Of a stretch of 64,000 bases of DNA, positions 17,966 to 28,103 are shown piece by piece. Under the pieces are notes generated by a model that saw only the letters and a list, made by a program, of their open reading frames with translations, was not told the origin of the DNA and made no database searches. Numbering within the stretch: the stretch's first letter is position 1; each line of letters begins with the position of its first letter. A program made the translations under genes and the position numbers. The DNA is from a virus: IMG/VR virus record IMGVR_UViG_2574179724_000002; one strand, written 5' to 3'.

Positions 17966-20900
17966 ATGGACGAATATACAACTAAGGCGGTCCTGACGGC
18001 TAGCGTTGGCCAATTTGTTGCGGCCTTTAAAGAAGCTGAAGCACAATATAAGCAATTTAATACTTCGATGAAAAATAGTTCAATGAGTTCAACTGATGCA
18101 GTTAATAAATCCTCTAAACTGGTATCTACTGGACTTAAAGTTGGCACAGTTGCTTTAGCGGCAATGGCTGCAGCTAGTTTGAAAACTGGTGCTACGTTTG
18201 AACATCAAATGAGCCGAGTTGGTGCTATTTCTGGAGCATCTAAAACACAATTGAAAGGCTTAAACGATGAAGCAATAACCTTGGGTGCTAAGACTGCGTT
18301 TAGTGCTAAACAAGCTGCTGAAGGTATGGAAAGCTTAGCATCAGCTGGGTTTGATAGTAAACAAATCATGTCGGCTATCCCAGGTGTTATGAACCTAGCT
18401 GCTGTATCAGGTGGGAATGTTGGAGAAGCCGCTGAAGATGCAGCTACTGCTTTACGTGGGTTCGGGTTATCTGCTAAAGATTCTGGTCATGTGGCTGATG
18501 TCTTTGCCGAAGCAGCTGCTAAGACTAATGCTGAAGCTTCAGATATGGGTGAAGCGTTAAAAATGGTTGCTCCACAAGCACATGCCGCCGGTTTAAGTCT
18601 AGAAGAAACATCAGCTGCTATTGGTATTTTGAGTAACGCCGGAATTAAGGGTACGCAAGCAGGTTCAAACTTATCTATGGCTTTAACTAAATTGCAGAAT
18701 CCAAGTGATGAAGCTAAAGAAGCAATGTCTAAAATTGGCTTTAGTGCTTATGATTCAGCTGGTAAGATGAAGCCTTTAGCTACCCAAGTAGATGAACTAA
18801 AATCTAAACTTTCGGGTATGACTGATAAACAGAAGCAGTATTATTTATCTGAAATTTATGGGGTCCAGGGTGGCCGAGCGATGAATGTTTTGTTAAGCGC
18901 TCAAAGTGGTGAATTACAAAAGCTTACCGGTCAGCTAAAAAATTCAGATGGTGCTGCTGCTAAAATGGCTAAAACCATGCAAAATGACTTAGCTAGTTCA
19001 GTAGAACAGTTCTTTGGTGCTTTAGAATCTTTATCAATTGTTATCGAAGAAACATTTAGCGGAACGTTAAAATCTGGTGTTGATGCAGCTTCAAAGAAAG
19101 TGGCTGAATTTACTGATTATCTGAAAAAGAACAGAACTGAAATTCAACAAAATACTCAAAAAGCAATTGAATTAGCAAGCAGTTTCCTAAAACTAGCGCC
19201 ATCACTAACAACGGTTGGTAGTGCGTTAAAAGTTGTTTTACCAAGTCTAGTAGCTTTAGAAGCTTTTAAAGGTATTGGAGCAGGTGGAGCAAGTACAGTT
19301 AAAATGCTTGAAACCATGCAAGCTGATTTAAGTTTAGTTCAACGTGGATTAATCATGACTGGTTCAGCTGGTAAAACGGCATTTAGTTTTACTAATGGAA
19401 CATTCAAAACATTTGGGTCCGCACTTAAATCTGGAGTTGTTAATTTAAATTCATTTAACAATGCTTTGATGAGTGAACAAGGTGGAACTATTTTTATCAG
19501 CAAATTAAAGGGTATTGGGACAGCTTTAACTGGATTGCCAGGAAAAGCCAAATCGACTGGTTCTGCTTTAGCTTCAGCATTTACTAATCCACAAGTAGCG
19601 ATCAATGGTTTTAAAAATAGTGCTAGTTCTGTCAATCAAGTTTTTTATAAATTACTTAGCACTGCTGGAGCTAGTGATGAAACAATCGCAGCTTTAACCA
19701 ATACTGTCATGAAAGACGGTACAGCACTTGGTACTGTTGGTCGAGGTGCTGAAGGATTAAGTTCGGGTATGATGTCGGGAGCTACTGCAGCAGCAGGATT
19801 AGGTGCTTCATTAGGTGCTTTAGTAATAGTTGCTGCTGCTGTTGCAGTTGTGGCCACTGCTATTTACGTGGCTTGGTCAAGCAACTTTTTGAATATTCGC
19901 GGTGTGGTAACTACAGCTATTAGCGGTATTAAGTCAATGTTTAGTTCAATGAGTCCGTCGATTAGCGCAATCGGTAATGCTTTAAGACCAATCGGCAAAT
20001 TGCTTGAAGGAATCTTAGCGATTGTTGGTGCGTCAGCTATCAGTGCGATTGTAATTGCAACCATTGCTTTAGCAACAGCTTTAAGATTAGTTGTTGATGC
20101 ATTGGGTGCTATCGCGAATACAGCAATGGCCGCAGGATATGCGATGGAAGGTTTCATTGAAAAAATGATACCTGGTGGGAAAGATGGTAGTGCGGCTTTT
20201 GACAAAGCTAAAAAATCAATTGATGGTGCTAAAGATTCAGTTGTCGATATGGGGGATGCTTTTGTTGATGCCGGTAAAACTGGTTATGATGCATTTAGTC
20301 AACTCGGAAAATCATCAGAGACATCTAGCAAGCAAGTTAAAGTAGCTGCTACTTCAGTTAAAGAAGTTGGTAATGCTGCTAAACAGATGAAATCAGATTT
20401 TGAGAGTTCTAAAACTAAGTTATCTGATTTAATCAATACTGATGGTGTTTCCACCAAAACTAAGACGTTTTTAACTGATGTTAATAAAACGTTAGATGAT
20501 TATCAAAAGAATGCTCAAACGGCTTCTAACAATTATAAAACAGCGATGGTTAATGCTGAAAAAGAAACAGGTTCAGCACGTGTGCAAGCCGTTAACGAAG
20601 CTAATCAAAAATTGGCTAATGCAACAAGTAAAAATAGTCAAAATCTAGTTAATATTACACAAGATTTAGATCGGCAATTAAAAGCGAAACGTTTTAGTGA
20701 TGGGACTGCAATGACTCAAGACCAAGTTAATATTTTGACTCAACAAAATAACTTGATCAAACAAAAATTGATTGAACAAAATCAAATCTTTACTCAAGCT
20801 GAATTATCACGGATTCAAAACGGTCAGAAACTTAGTCAGACTGAACAGCAAGCGACAATTACTACCTTACAATCTAATTATCAGTTAAGAGCACAACAAG

Positions 20901-22363
20901 TTCAAACTGGCGAAGACAAAATTAAACAGCTTAAAACACAGATTGCTCAAACTCAAGACCAAACTGTTAAAGCTCAATTACAGCAAGAGTTAGTTCAACA
21001 GCAAACTCAAAATCAACAACTGCTAGCTCAACAGCAACAGTTCGGAACACAAATGAATTTAGCAATTGCTAATGGGTCTAAGTTAACTTTTACTACTTGG
21101 TCCAATGGCTTAAAGAGTATGGGGAATGTAACAACACAGCAATTACAAGCTATGTTCTTATCATTCATGCAAATGAACAATAACACTGGTCAGCAAATGC
21201 AAGCCTTTGCGTTAATGCTTCAACAATCAGGAACTAAAGGTGTTACTAATTTAGTTCAAGCTTTATCAAGTGGTAAAGCAACAACTGCACAAATAGCAGC
21301 AGCAATTGCAAAAGATGGAACGAATGGACTAAATACTTTGCCACCTGGGATGTTTAAACAAGGTGATAAAGGAAAAACAAGCTTCATCAATGCTTTAAAA
21401 TCAGGAAACTTTAAAGGTGCTGGTAAATATTTAGCTGATCAATCATCATCAGGAGCCAAAGACACTTCGAAACACAAAAAAGCTGGTAAATCCAATGGGG
21501 ATGCTTATGCGAGTGGAACTAAAAGCTCAAAAGGAAAAGCTAAGACAGCTGGTAAAGCAGTGGCTAAAGCTGGAGCAGATGGTGCTAAAAGTTCAAAAAG
21601 TTCATATTCAAGTGCTGGCAAATCCAACAGTAGCTCATATTCAAGTGGCGTTAAATCTAATTCCGGTAAAGCTAAATCGGCTGGTAAATCGTTAGCTAGT
21701 GCCGGTAAATCAGGGGCTAGTTCGAAAAAAAGTTCCTATCATTCAGCTGGTAGTTCAGCTGGAAGCTCGTATGCTTCGGGTGTTAGGTCTAAAACTGGTT
21801 CGGCTAGGTCTGCTGGAAAAGCTTTAGCTAGTGCAGCTAAAAGTGGTGCCAGTGGTGTTTCATTTCATTCGGTTGGTGCTCAAATGGCAGCAGGTGTTGC
21901 TTCTGGAATTAGGTCAAACACTGGTTCGGCAGTAGCGGCTATGGCCAGCTTAGTAGCTCAAGTTAATGCTGAAGCTAAAAAGAAAGCTAAAATTCATTCA
22001 CCGTCAAGACTTTTACGTGATGAAGTTGGTAAATATTTAAGTTTAGGTGTTGCAACCGGTATTACTGATTACCAAGGTACTGCTGTTAATGCCATGGGGT
22101 CAATGATTCAAAATATTAGAGATTCAGTTTCTAACAATCCGTTGGATTTCAAGTTTAATGGGAGTTCAGTTTTAAGCCAAAGTGTTGTTGGTCAACAAGC
22201 TGAGAATAAGTTGGCACTAGAAAATACTAACCAATTATTAAAAGCTTTAGTTAATAAAAGTCAATTCATCGTTCTTGATGATGGAACGTTAGTTGGTAAG
22301 ATTTCAGATAAAATGAATGATGCACTTGGACAAAAAGTGCAAAACAGTGAGAGGTGGGGTTAA
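17966..22363 (+). CDS. Tape measure protein (TP901 core)
   Basis: 1465 aa; FEHQMSRVGAISGA, GIKGTQAG, IHSPSRL; Ala/Gly/Ser-rich. Confidence 0.95.
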   Translation: MDEYTTKAVLTASVGQFVAAFKEAEAQYKQFNTSMKNSSMSSTDAVNKSSKLVSTGLKVGTVALAAMAAASLKTGATFEHQMSRVGAISGASKTQLKGLNDEAITLGAKTAFSAKQAAEGMESLASAGFDSKQIMSAIPGVMNLAAVSGGNVGEAAEDAATALRGFGLSAKDSGHVADVFAEAAAKTNAEASDMGEALKMVAPQAHAAGLSLEETSAAIGILSNAGIKGTQAGSNLSMALTKLQNPSDEAKEAMSKIGFSAYDSAGKMKPLATQVDELKSKLSGMTDKQKQYYLSEIYGVQGGRAMNVLLSAQSGELQKLTGQLKNSDGAAAKMAKTMQNDLASSVEQFFGALESLSIVIEETFSGTLKSGVDAASKKVAEFTDYLKKNRTEIQQNTQKAIELASSFLKLAPSLTTVGSALKVVLPSLVALEAFKGIGAGGASTVKMLETMQADLSLVQRGLIMTGSAGKTAFSFTNGTFKTFGSALKSGVVNLNSFNNALMSEQGGTIFISKLKGIGTALTGLPGKAKSTGSALASAFTNPQVAINGFKNSASSVNQVFYKLLSTAGASDETIAALTNTVMKDGTALGTVGRGAEGLSSGMMSGATAAAGLGASLGALVIVAAAVAVVATAIYVAWSSNFLNIRGVVTTAISGIKSMFSSMSPSISAIGNALRPIGKLLEGILAIVGASAISAIVIATIALATALRLVVDALGAIANTAMAAGYAMEGFIEKMIPGGKDGSAAFDKAKKSIDGAKDSVVDMGDAFVDAGKTGYDAFSQLGKSSETSSKQVKVAATSVKEVGNAAKQMKSDFESSKTKLSDLINTDGVSTKTKTFLTDVNKTLDDYQKNAQTASNNYKTAMVNAEKETGSARVQAVNEANQKLANATSKNSQNLVNITQDLDRQLKAKRFSDGTAMTQDQVNILTQQNNLIKQKLIEQNQIFTQAELSRIQNGQKLSQTEQQATITTLQSNYQLRAQQVQTGEDKIKQLKTQIAQTQDQTVKAQLQQELVQQQTQNQQLLAQQQQFGTQMNLAIANGSKLTFTTWSNGLKSMGNVTTQQLQAMFLSFMQMNNNTGQQMQAFALMLQQSGTKGVTNLVQALSSGKATTAQIAAAIAKDGTNGLNTLPPGMFKQGDKGKTSFINALKSGNFKGAGKYLADQSSSGAKDTSKHKKAGKSNGDAYASGTKSSKGKAKTAGKAVAKAGADGAKSSKSSYSSAGKSNSSSYSSGVKSNSGKAKSAGKSLASAGKSGASSKKSSYHSAGSSAGSSYASGVRSKTGSARSAGKALASAAKSGASGVSFHSVGAQMAAGVASGIRSNTGSAVAAMASLVAQVNAEAKKKAKIHSPSRLLRDEVGKYLSLGVATGITDYQGTAVNAMGSMIQNIRDSVSNNPLDFKFNGSSVLSQSVVGQQAENKLALENTNQLLKALVNKSQFIVLDDGTLVGKISDKMNDALGQKVQNSERWG

Positions 22364-23124
22364 TGAGTCAATATAGCTTTGCAGATACTTTAGTTAATTC
22401 AAAAGACAACCAAGCTCAACCAATAGAGCGAATTACTTTTGGCTCATTTGATTCTGCTGAAAAAGGTTGGTGGTTAATGGATAGATCAGCACCAACTCCA
22501 AGTGAAAAAGAGATCACGGAAACTATTCCGTACAGTCAAGGTATTTTAGACTTTTCAACGCTTGGAATTGATAGATTTTTTGATAATCGTGATATTACTT
22601 ATCAATTTAAAAATATTGGGAATAGGTATGATGAGCGTAAAGTTATTGAAAATGAAATTAAACGAATGTTAATGCCACTTGGCACGCAAGCTTTATTTGA
22701 TAGTCATGAACCTGGACTTCATTGGCTTGGTAAATGTAAATCAGTAACAGTTACTGACGATGCTAATTACCAATCTTTAACAGCAACTGTTATCTTTAGT
22801 TGCTATCCATTTGCAATTGGGAATAGTGCCGAGGGTAGTGACATCTGGGATGATGTATTCTTTCCAAATTGGGTGTTTCAAGATACTAGTTTCACGGTTA
22901 ATGGTACTCAAAGTATTAATTTGATTAATATTGGAAGTCATACGGCAGAGGTCAAGATAGTAGTAACTGGTACTGTTTCAATAACCGGTGATTTTGGCTC
23001 GATGACATTAACTACTGGAACATATACTGATACTCAATTAACACTTGCCGTTGGAGAAAATAAATTGACTTTGAATGGGTCAGGAACGATTAATTTTGAA
23101 TTCTACAAAGAGGTGATGATTTGA
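22363..23124 (+). CDS. Distal tail protein (Dit)
   Basis: KEITETIPYSQG, FSCYPFAI; follows TMP. Confidence 0.8.
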   Translation: MSQYSFADTLVNSKDNQAQPIERITFGSFDSAEKGWWLMDRSAPTPSEKEITETIPYSQGILDFSTLGIDRFFDNRDITYQFKNIGNRYDERKVIENEIKRMLMPLGTQALFDSHEPGLHWLGKCKSVTVTDDANYQSLTATVIFSCYPFAIGNSAEGSDIWDDVFFPNWVFQDTSFTVNGTQSINLINIGSHTAEVKIVVTGTVSITGDFGSMTLTTGTYTDTQLTLAVGENKLTLNGSGTINFEFYKEVMI

Positions 23125-24827
23125 TGTATCGAATTGTTGCATTTAATAGCCCTACCGATTCAGTCGGTAAGGTTATTTTTGACTTAAGCATGAACAAGTT
23201 GTTGTCAGCTGGAAAGCTGACTTTGGTTGAATCTGGAATTGATAATGCTGAATTAACAGTGAATATCAAAAACCCGTTGTTCGGTAAAGTTGAGCCGTTT
23301 CAGACGCACATTAATATTTTACAAGACAGCAAGTTAATTTTTCGCGGTCGAGCGTTGAAACCAACGAGAGCGATGACAAGTGCAGGTCTTTTTCAACAGA
23401 CATTTACTTTTGAATCAATTTTAAGCTATCTATATGATTCTGTTCAGCGTTTTAAAGAGGTTCACAATACCACACCAGCACAGTTTTTTAGTGATTTAAT
23501 TGATGTTCATAATTCGCAAGTACCAAGTTATAAACAATTCAAAGTTGGAAAAGTTGATGTTACTAACTCAACTGATAATGTTTATCGCTATGTCGAGTAT
23601 GAAACGACCTATGACACGATCAAAGATAAATTGCTGGATCGCTTAGGTGGCTATTTGGTGTTAAGAATTGAATCAGACGGCAATTATTTAGATTATTTGC
23701 AAAATCCTGGGAGTAATCATCAAAATGATACTCCTATTTTGTTAGGCAAAAATCTTAAATCATCCAGTGTTGGTATTGACTCAACGTCAATCATTACCAG
23801 ACTAGTTCCATTGGGTGCAACTATTGAATCAACTGATGAGAATAACACTTCGGCAGCATATCCAAGAGTAACTATTTCAAGTGTCAATAATGGAAAAGAC
23901 TATCTAGATATTCCTGATTTACAAAGTGAATTTGGCATCATTAATGGAACTCAAACTTGGGAAGATGTTAACGATGCGAGTATTTTGCTAACTAAAGCAA
24001 AAGCTTGGATAGCTAGCCAAAAGGCAGCTACTGAAACATGGAGTATTGAAGCGGTTGAATTACTGAATAGTCGATTTGAAAGCTTTAAGGTGTCTGATAG
24101 ATATCGTTTTGCAAATGATTTGGTGGCTAAACAGCAGTATTTAAGAGTGATTCAAAAAGATATTGATTTTACTAAACCACAGACTAGTAGTTTAACTATT
24201 GGAGATTCAACGGTTAGTCTAAGTCAATATCAGTTAGAAAATCAAAAAGCTGCTAAAGAAGTTAGTCAGTTAAACAGTAAGCTGAATGCTCAGCAAAATA
24301 AGATTGTAACTTTGAGCGACACGATTAAAAAAGCTCAAGAAACAATTGATAAACAACAAGATGCTATCAAGACTTTGTCAGACGACAATACTAAGATTTC
24401 TGAAACACTGGATGAACTTGCCAAGAAAGTTAATTCCAATACGGCACCAGGTGTGGCTACTGAACCAGTCAACGGCGATTGGACACCGGTCATTAAATAC
24501 GCGGCTTACTTGATGGAAGTCACTTTGACAGAGAATTCACTAGCTACCATCAAAGCTCGTATTCAGCAAGAGTCGGGTGGCAGTGAAACGATAGTTAATA
24601 CAACTGATTCAAATGCGCAAGCAGGACACCCGTCAATCGGGCTATTGCAGTACATTCAATCGACGTTCGATGCTTGGTGTTTAGAGGGTTACGACAATAT
24701 TGAAAAAGGATTTCATCAACTGTTAGCCATGTTTAATGATTCAAATTGGTTGGCAGATATTAGCGTATCCGGCGGCTGGGGACCAACTGGGACGAAGAGA
24801 TTCACTAAATTGCCGGTAGCGGCATAG
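23121..24827 (+). CDS. Tail-associated lysin/hub (Tal) with coiled coil and C-terminal lytic transglycosylase-like domain
   Basis: IITRLVPLG; IQQESGG...SIGLLQYIQSTF...GGWGPTG. Confidence 0.8.
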   Translation: MMYRIVAFNSPTDSVGKVIFDLSMNKLLSAGKLTLVESGIDNAELTVNIKNPLFGKVEPFQTHINILQDSKLIFRGRALKPTRAMTSAGLFQQTFTFESILSYLYDSVQRFKEVHNTTPAQFFSDLIDVHNSQVPSYKQFKVGKVDVTNSTDNVYRYVEYETTYDTIKDKLLDRLGGYLVLRIESDGNYLDYLQNPGSNHQNDTPILLGKNLKSSSVGIDSTSIITRLVPLGATIESTDENNTSAAYPRVTISSVNNGKDYLDIPDLQSEFGIINGTQTWEDVNDASILLTKAKAWIASQKAATETWSIEAVELLNSRFESFKVSDRYRFANDLVAKQQYLRVIQKDIDFTKPQTSSLTIGDSTVSLSQYQLENQKAAKEVSQLNSKLNAQQNKIVTLSDTIKKAQETIDKQQDAIKTLSDDNTKISETLDELAKKVNSNTAPGVATEPVNGDWTPVIKYAAYLMEVTLTENSLATIKARIQQESGGSETIVNTTDSNAQAGHPSIGLLQYIQSTFDAWCLEGYDNIEKGFHQLLAMFNDSNWLADISVSGGWGPTGTKRFTKLPVAA

Positions 24828-24833
24828 AAAGGA

Positions 24834-26357
24834 ATGATTATTTTGACTGAATACAGTGATTCAACACCTGTACCATTTAATGATCCGGTTGATGCGGCTC
24901 AAGTTGATGGTCTTCACAGACTACTAGCAAGATATATTCGTCAAAAAAAGTATGGAATTGATGTTAGGGAAACGATTGCTAGAATTGTCGAATTGTCAGG
25001 GGCGGATAAAGCAGATATTTTAGCAGTAGCTGATAAGTTAACTGTTAGGCAAGACAGTTCAGATGATGCTATTTCTTCTGCGGTAAGTAGAATTGATACA
25101 GCTATTGCTTCAGCTGCTGATAAAGATGAAGATTTAAGTGAAGTTAAAGATGCTAGAACTGACAAAAATGATACTACTTTTTCAACATTAAAAGAAAGAT
25201 TAGATGCACTACCCATCAAGTCAGATATTGCGTATACACCATTAAAATATGGGATGCTTCAAGATTACAATGTGCCAGGGTCAGTTCAAGCTCTTAAAAG
25301 TTTTGCGGCACAAATAAATCAGGGAAATAGCTTTAAGTTACTCTTTTTAACTGATATTCACTACGGCAAGGGGACGAATGATGAAGGAACTTTTAAAACT
25401 TACCCTGAACGTGATTATGTTGATGCACCTCCACTATCAATTTTTGATTTAAGTAATATGAGTGTGTTTAATGGCATTGTTAATGCTGCAGTATTGAATG
25501 GAGATAACGTCCATGGTCATGAGGGACATGATATTAACTTGCGTCGCAATAATCAACTGGTTTCAACTGCAAGAGCGGCGTTACTAGATACAGATTTATT
25601 TATAACTATCGGCAACCATGACAGTGGACAAGTCTGGGATAAAACCAAGGGGGCCGCAATAACAAGAAGCGAACTTTTGCAAATATATGATTATGGCAAC
25701 AATTCTTTTGGTGAAAATCGTAAAGATTTTGCAGCTTATAAAGATTATGCTGATCAGAAAATAAGACTTATATCTCTTGCGGGGTTTGATAATCCAGAAA
25801 TATATACTGACGATGGTATTACTTTAAAATATCCAACTGGGCAATGGTCAGTTTTTCAGCAGAGTCAATTAGATTTTTTAATTAATTCACTTTCAACTGT
25901 CCCCAATGGATATACTGTTTTAATCACCAATCATGCACCGCTTCAAGGCTTTTTTGGAAATACAGTTGAAAATGCATCTATCAATCACGAATTGCTCGAA
26001 GGAATATTGGCAGCATATGTTGCCAAGTCAACTTATTCTGGAACAGGGACAGTAGCGGATGTTCCAGCGACGGTTTCAGTTGATTTCACAGATGCAAAAG
26101 GAATTTTAGCTGGTGTCGTTACAGGTCACCAACATCGAGATAAAGAAGTGCAGACAATAGAGGGCGTTAATATGGTTACTCGTACATGCTTTTTAGCGGC
26201 AGACCGAGGAGACTCAAGCCAAAACACCTACACAACAGCTGACACACTTGGAACCATTGACCAATACGCCTTTGATGTAATTGAAATTGATACAACTAAT
26301 CGAAAAGTTAATTTTAATCGTTTCGGGATAGGAAGTGATTATCAATATGAGTACTGA
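24834..26357 (+). CDS. Baseplate/tail protein with calcineurin-like metallophosphoesterase domain
   Basis: TDIHYG, NGDNVHG, IGNHD, NHAP, GHQH; N-terminal GIDVRETIAR. Confidence 0.8.
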   Translation: MIILTEYSDSTPVPFNDPVDAAQVDGLHRLLARYIRQKKYGIDVRETIARIVELSGADKADILAVADKLTVRQDSSDDAISSAVSRIDTAIASAADKDEDLSEVKDARTDKNDTTFSTLKERLDALPIKSDIAYTPLKYGMLQDYNVPGSVQALKSFAAQINQGNSFKLLFLTDIHYGKGTNDEGTFKTYPERDYVDAPPLSIFDLSNMSVFNGIVNAAVLNGDNVHGHEGHDINLRRNNQLVSTARAALLDTDLFITIGNHDSGQVWDKTKGAAITRSELLQIYDYGNNSFGENRKDFAAYKDYADQKIRLISLAGFDNPEIYTDDGITLKYPTGQWSVFQQSQLDFLINSLSTVPNGYTVLITNHAPLQGFFGNTVENASINHELLEGILAAYVAKSTYSGTGTVADVPATVSVDFTDAKGILAGVVTGHQHRDKEVQTIEGVNMVTRTCFLAADRGDSSQNTYTTADTLGTIDQYAFDVIEIDTTNRKVNFNRFGIGSDYQYEY

Positions 26358-27105
26358 TATTGATAGAGACATAAAATATTTAAAAAATGCAATATCGCTT
26401 CATCAAGGTGATACAGGTGAAGATGTCCACGGCTTGCCTAATAATGGCGAAGCTGGCTTTATGCCATGGGATCTATACGTTAATAATCTTAACCTTTTTC
26501 AAACTAGAAAGTCGCTTGACGCAAATACAGATGTTTTTTCTCTTTCACCGGGATTTTATTGCGGTTCAGGCCTTACTAATGTTCCACCAGAGGCTAACGC
26601 AGCCTCTGAAGCTACTATCGATGTAACGGTATATGGCTCAGTTCGAAAAAAAATTGTGTATACAGAATGCGCAATTAATCGGACATGGATAAAACTGATA
26701 CATGTGCCATCGGCTCCTGCTGATTTAACTAAAAATGTGGACTGGGTTGAGAGTAGCACGGTTGTCACACTTTTTGACGGTTCGTTATCGGATGTTTCGA
26801 CTACTCAAACTGTCAAGGAGTCATTCGGGCATTTTCAGCAACTAAAAATTGATTATGCTACATCCATTGGGCAGAGATATTCTTGCTTTATTCCAGCAGC
26901 AACAGGAAAATATACACTTTCTGGTTTTAATGTGGCAGACGGGCTTGACTACATGACTTTTGTAAATTGTGACCTCACGATTTTAAGCAGTACAAGTTTT
27001 AATCTAACGGATCAATTTGCTTTTAATATAAAAAATAGTGATAGTAGTATTTCAGCAAGTTCAACATTCAAAATCGTCTTAAAAAAAATATACGGTACCC
27101 GTTAG
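26347..27105 (+). CDS. Putative receptor-binding / tail fibre protein
   Basis: SPGFYCGSGLTNVPP knob-like segment; position after baseplate genes. Confidence 0.5.
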   Translation: MSTDIDRDIKYLKNAISLHQGDTGEDVHGLPNNGEAGFMPWDLYVNNLNLFQTRKSLDANTDVFSLSPGFYCGSGLTNVPPEANAASEATIDVTVYGSVRKKIVYTECAINRTWIKLIHVPSAPADLTKNVDWVESSTVVTLFDGSLSDVSTTQTVKESFGHFQQLKIDYATSIGQRYSCFIPAATGKYTLSGFNVADGLDYMTFVNCDLTILSSTSFNLTDQFAFNIKNSDSSISASSTFKIVLKKIYGTR

Positions 27106-27115
27106 GAGCATAAAA

Positions 27116-27409
27116 ATGAATATTTTAGTAAACGAAAATTATGAGATAACCGGATACGCTTTAGTTGGTGACATATCTGATTCAACCAGAATAGATAAAA
27201 GTATTTTGCCGGACGGATTTGTGCAAAGCTTTAGATCAAGATACTATCTGTATGAAAATGGCGCAATCAGTGTCAATCCTAATTATACTGAACCTACTAT
27301 AAGCCCATCGACAAAACCAACGTCACAGCAGACAATCAATGCCAATCTTTTGCTTCAAATTGCGACCCTGACTGAAAAAGTAACTAAAATGGAAGGGAGT
27401 GCATCTTAA
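27116..27409 (+). CDS. Tail fibre assembly-type protein (DUF2977-like)
   Basis: MNILVNENYEITGYALVG. Confidence 0.55.
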   Translation: MNILVNENYEITGYALVGDISDSTRIDKSILPDGFVQSFRSRYYLYENGAISVNPNYTEPTISPSTKPTSQQTINANLLLQIATLTEKVTKMEGSAS

Positions 27410-27552
27410 TGGCTGATTACATTAAACAATATTATTTGCTTGGACTATATACTGATGCTGACTTAGATATTTTTGTTTCAGCTGGAATGCTAACTGGTGA
27501 TGAAGAAACAGCTATCAAAGCGGCTAAGACAGCCACGCCCGCGACTGTATAA
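27409..27552 (+). CDS. XkdX-like small protein (47 aa)
   Basis: IKQYYLLGLYTDADLDIFVSAGMLT; TAATG coupling. Confidence 0.75.
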   Translation: MADYIKQYYLLGLYTDADLDIFVSAGMLTGDEETAIKAAKTATPATV

Positions 27553-27636
27553 TTTTACTGAACCTTTACAAGAACAACATAATTACTTAACTTATGTGGA
27601 CTATGCTTAAAGTGTATCAAATGAGGAGGAAGCAAA

Positions 27637-27735
27637 ATGGAACTTTTCAGAGGGTTAAAATATTCGTTGCTCCCGAGCTTACTTTTATGGGTAATTTTGT
27701 TTTTCTTGATTAGATTGACATGGGTAATTTTGTAG
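27637..27735 (+). CDS. 32-aa single-TM peptide MELFRGLKYSLLPSLLLWVILFFLIRLTWVIL
   Basis: Strong RBS GAGGAGG at 27623-27629; below ORF-track cutoff. Confidence 0.6.
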   Translation: MELFRGLKYSLLPSLLLWVILFFLIRLTWVIL

Positions 27736-27757
27736 AAACTTAAAATTTAAAATAGGC

Positions 27758-27789
27758 AAGCACTTAGCAAAAAACGCTAGGTGCTTTTT
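27758..27789 (+). terminator. Intrinsic terminator
   Basis: AAGCACTTAGC/GCTAGGTGCTT stem plus T-run. Confidence 0.7.
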
Positions 27790-27812
27790 GTTTGGGAAAA
27801 AGGTGATTAGAT

Positions 27813-28103
27813 GTGCATGGAATTTTAGGGCTTGGTTGGGATGAATGGGCTTCAATCACAGTTATAATTGGAGCAGTGTTTGGTTCATTTGGGTTTATAG
27901 GGAGAAATCTTTTAAAAAGGTATGTAAAAGAACCAATGGATGGCATTCGTGATGACTTAAAAACAGTGAATGACACACAACAAAAGAATATTAACGCTCT
28001 TGAAAAACGTGAAGCTCAACAAGATAAATTGCTTGATCAGCATGAGAAAATGTTGTTGGAACACAATTTGAAAATTACGGATTTGGAGGAAAAAGTAAAA
28101 TGA
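27813..28103 (+). CDS. Lysis-cassette membrane protein (holin/XhlA-like)
   Basis: N-terminal TM helix then coiled coil. Confidence 0.6.
   Translation: MHGILGLGWDEWASITVIIGAVFGSFGFIGRNLLKRYVKEPMDGIRDDLKTVNDTQQKNINALEKREAQQDKLLDQHEKMLLEHNLKITDLEEKVK

Noticed and set aside
19339-20205. Minus-strand ORFs inside TMP1 (also 59914-60324, 61048-61845 in TMP2, and 14992-15198, 55550-55771 opposite the Ig domains)
   Set aside because: Shadow frames of Ala/Thr/Gly-rich coding sequence, without RBSs
21400-21900. Ser/Gly/Lys/Ala repeats (KSAGK.LAS.A.SG) in TMP1 as a novel repeat element
   Set aside because: Periodic low-complexity repeats are normal for tape measure proteins
22354-27409. Diversity-generating retroelement acting on tail genes
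   Set aside because: No reverse transcriptase and no TR/VR repeat pair with adenine-specific mismatches seen in the window
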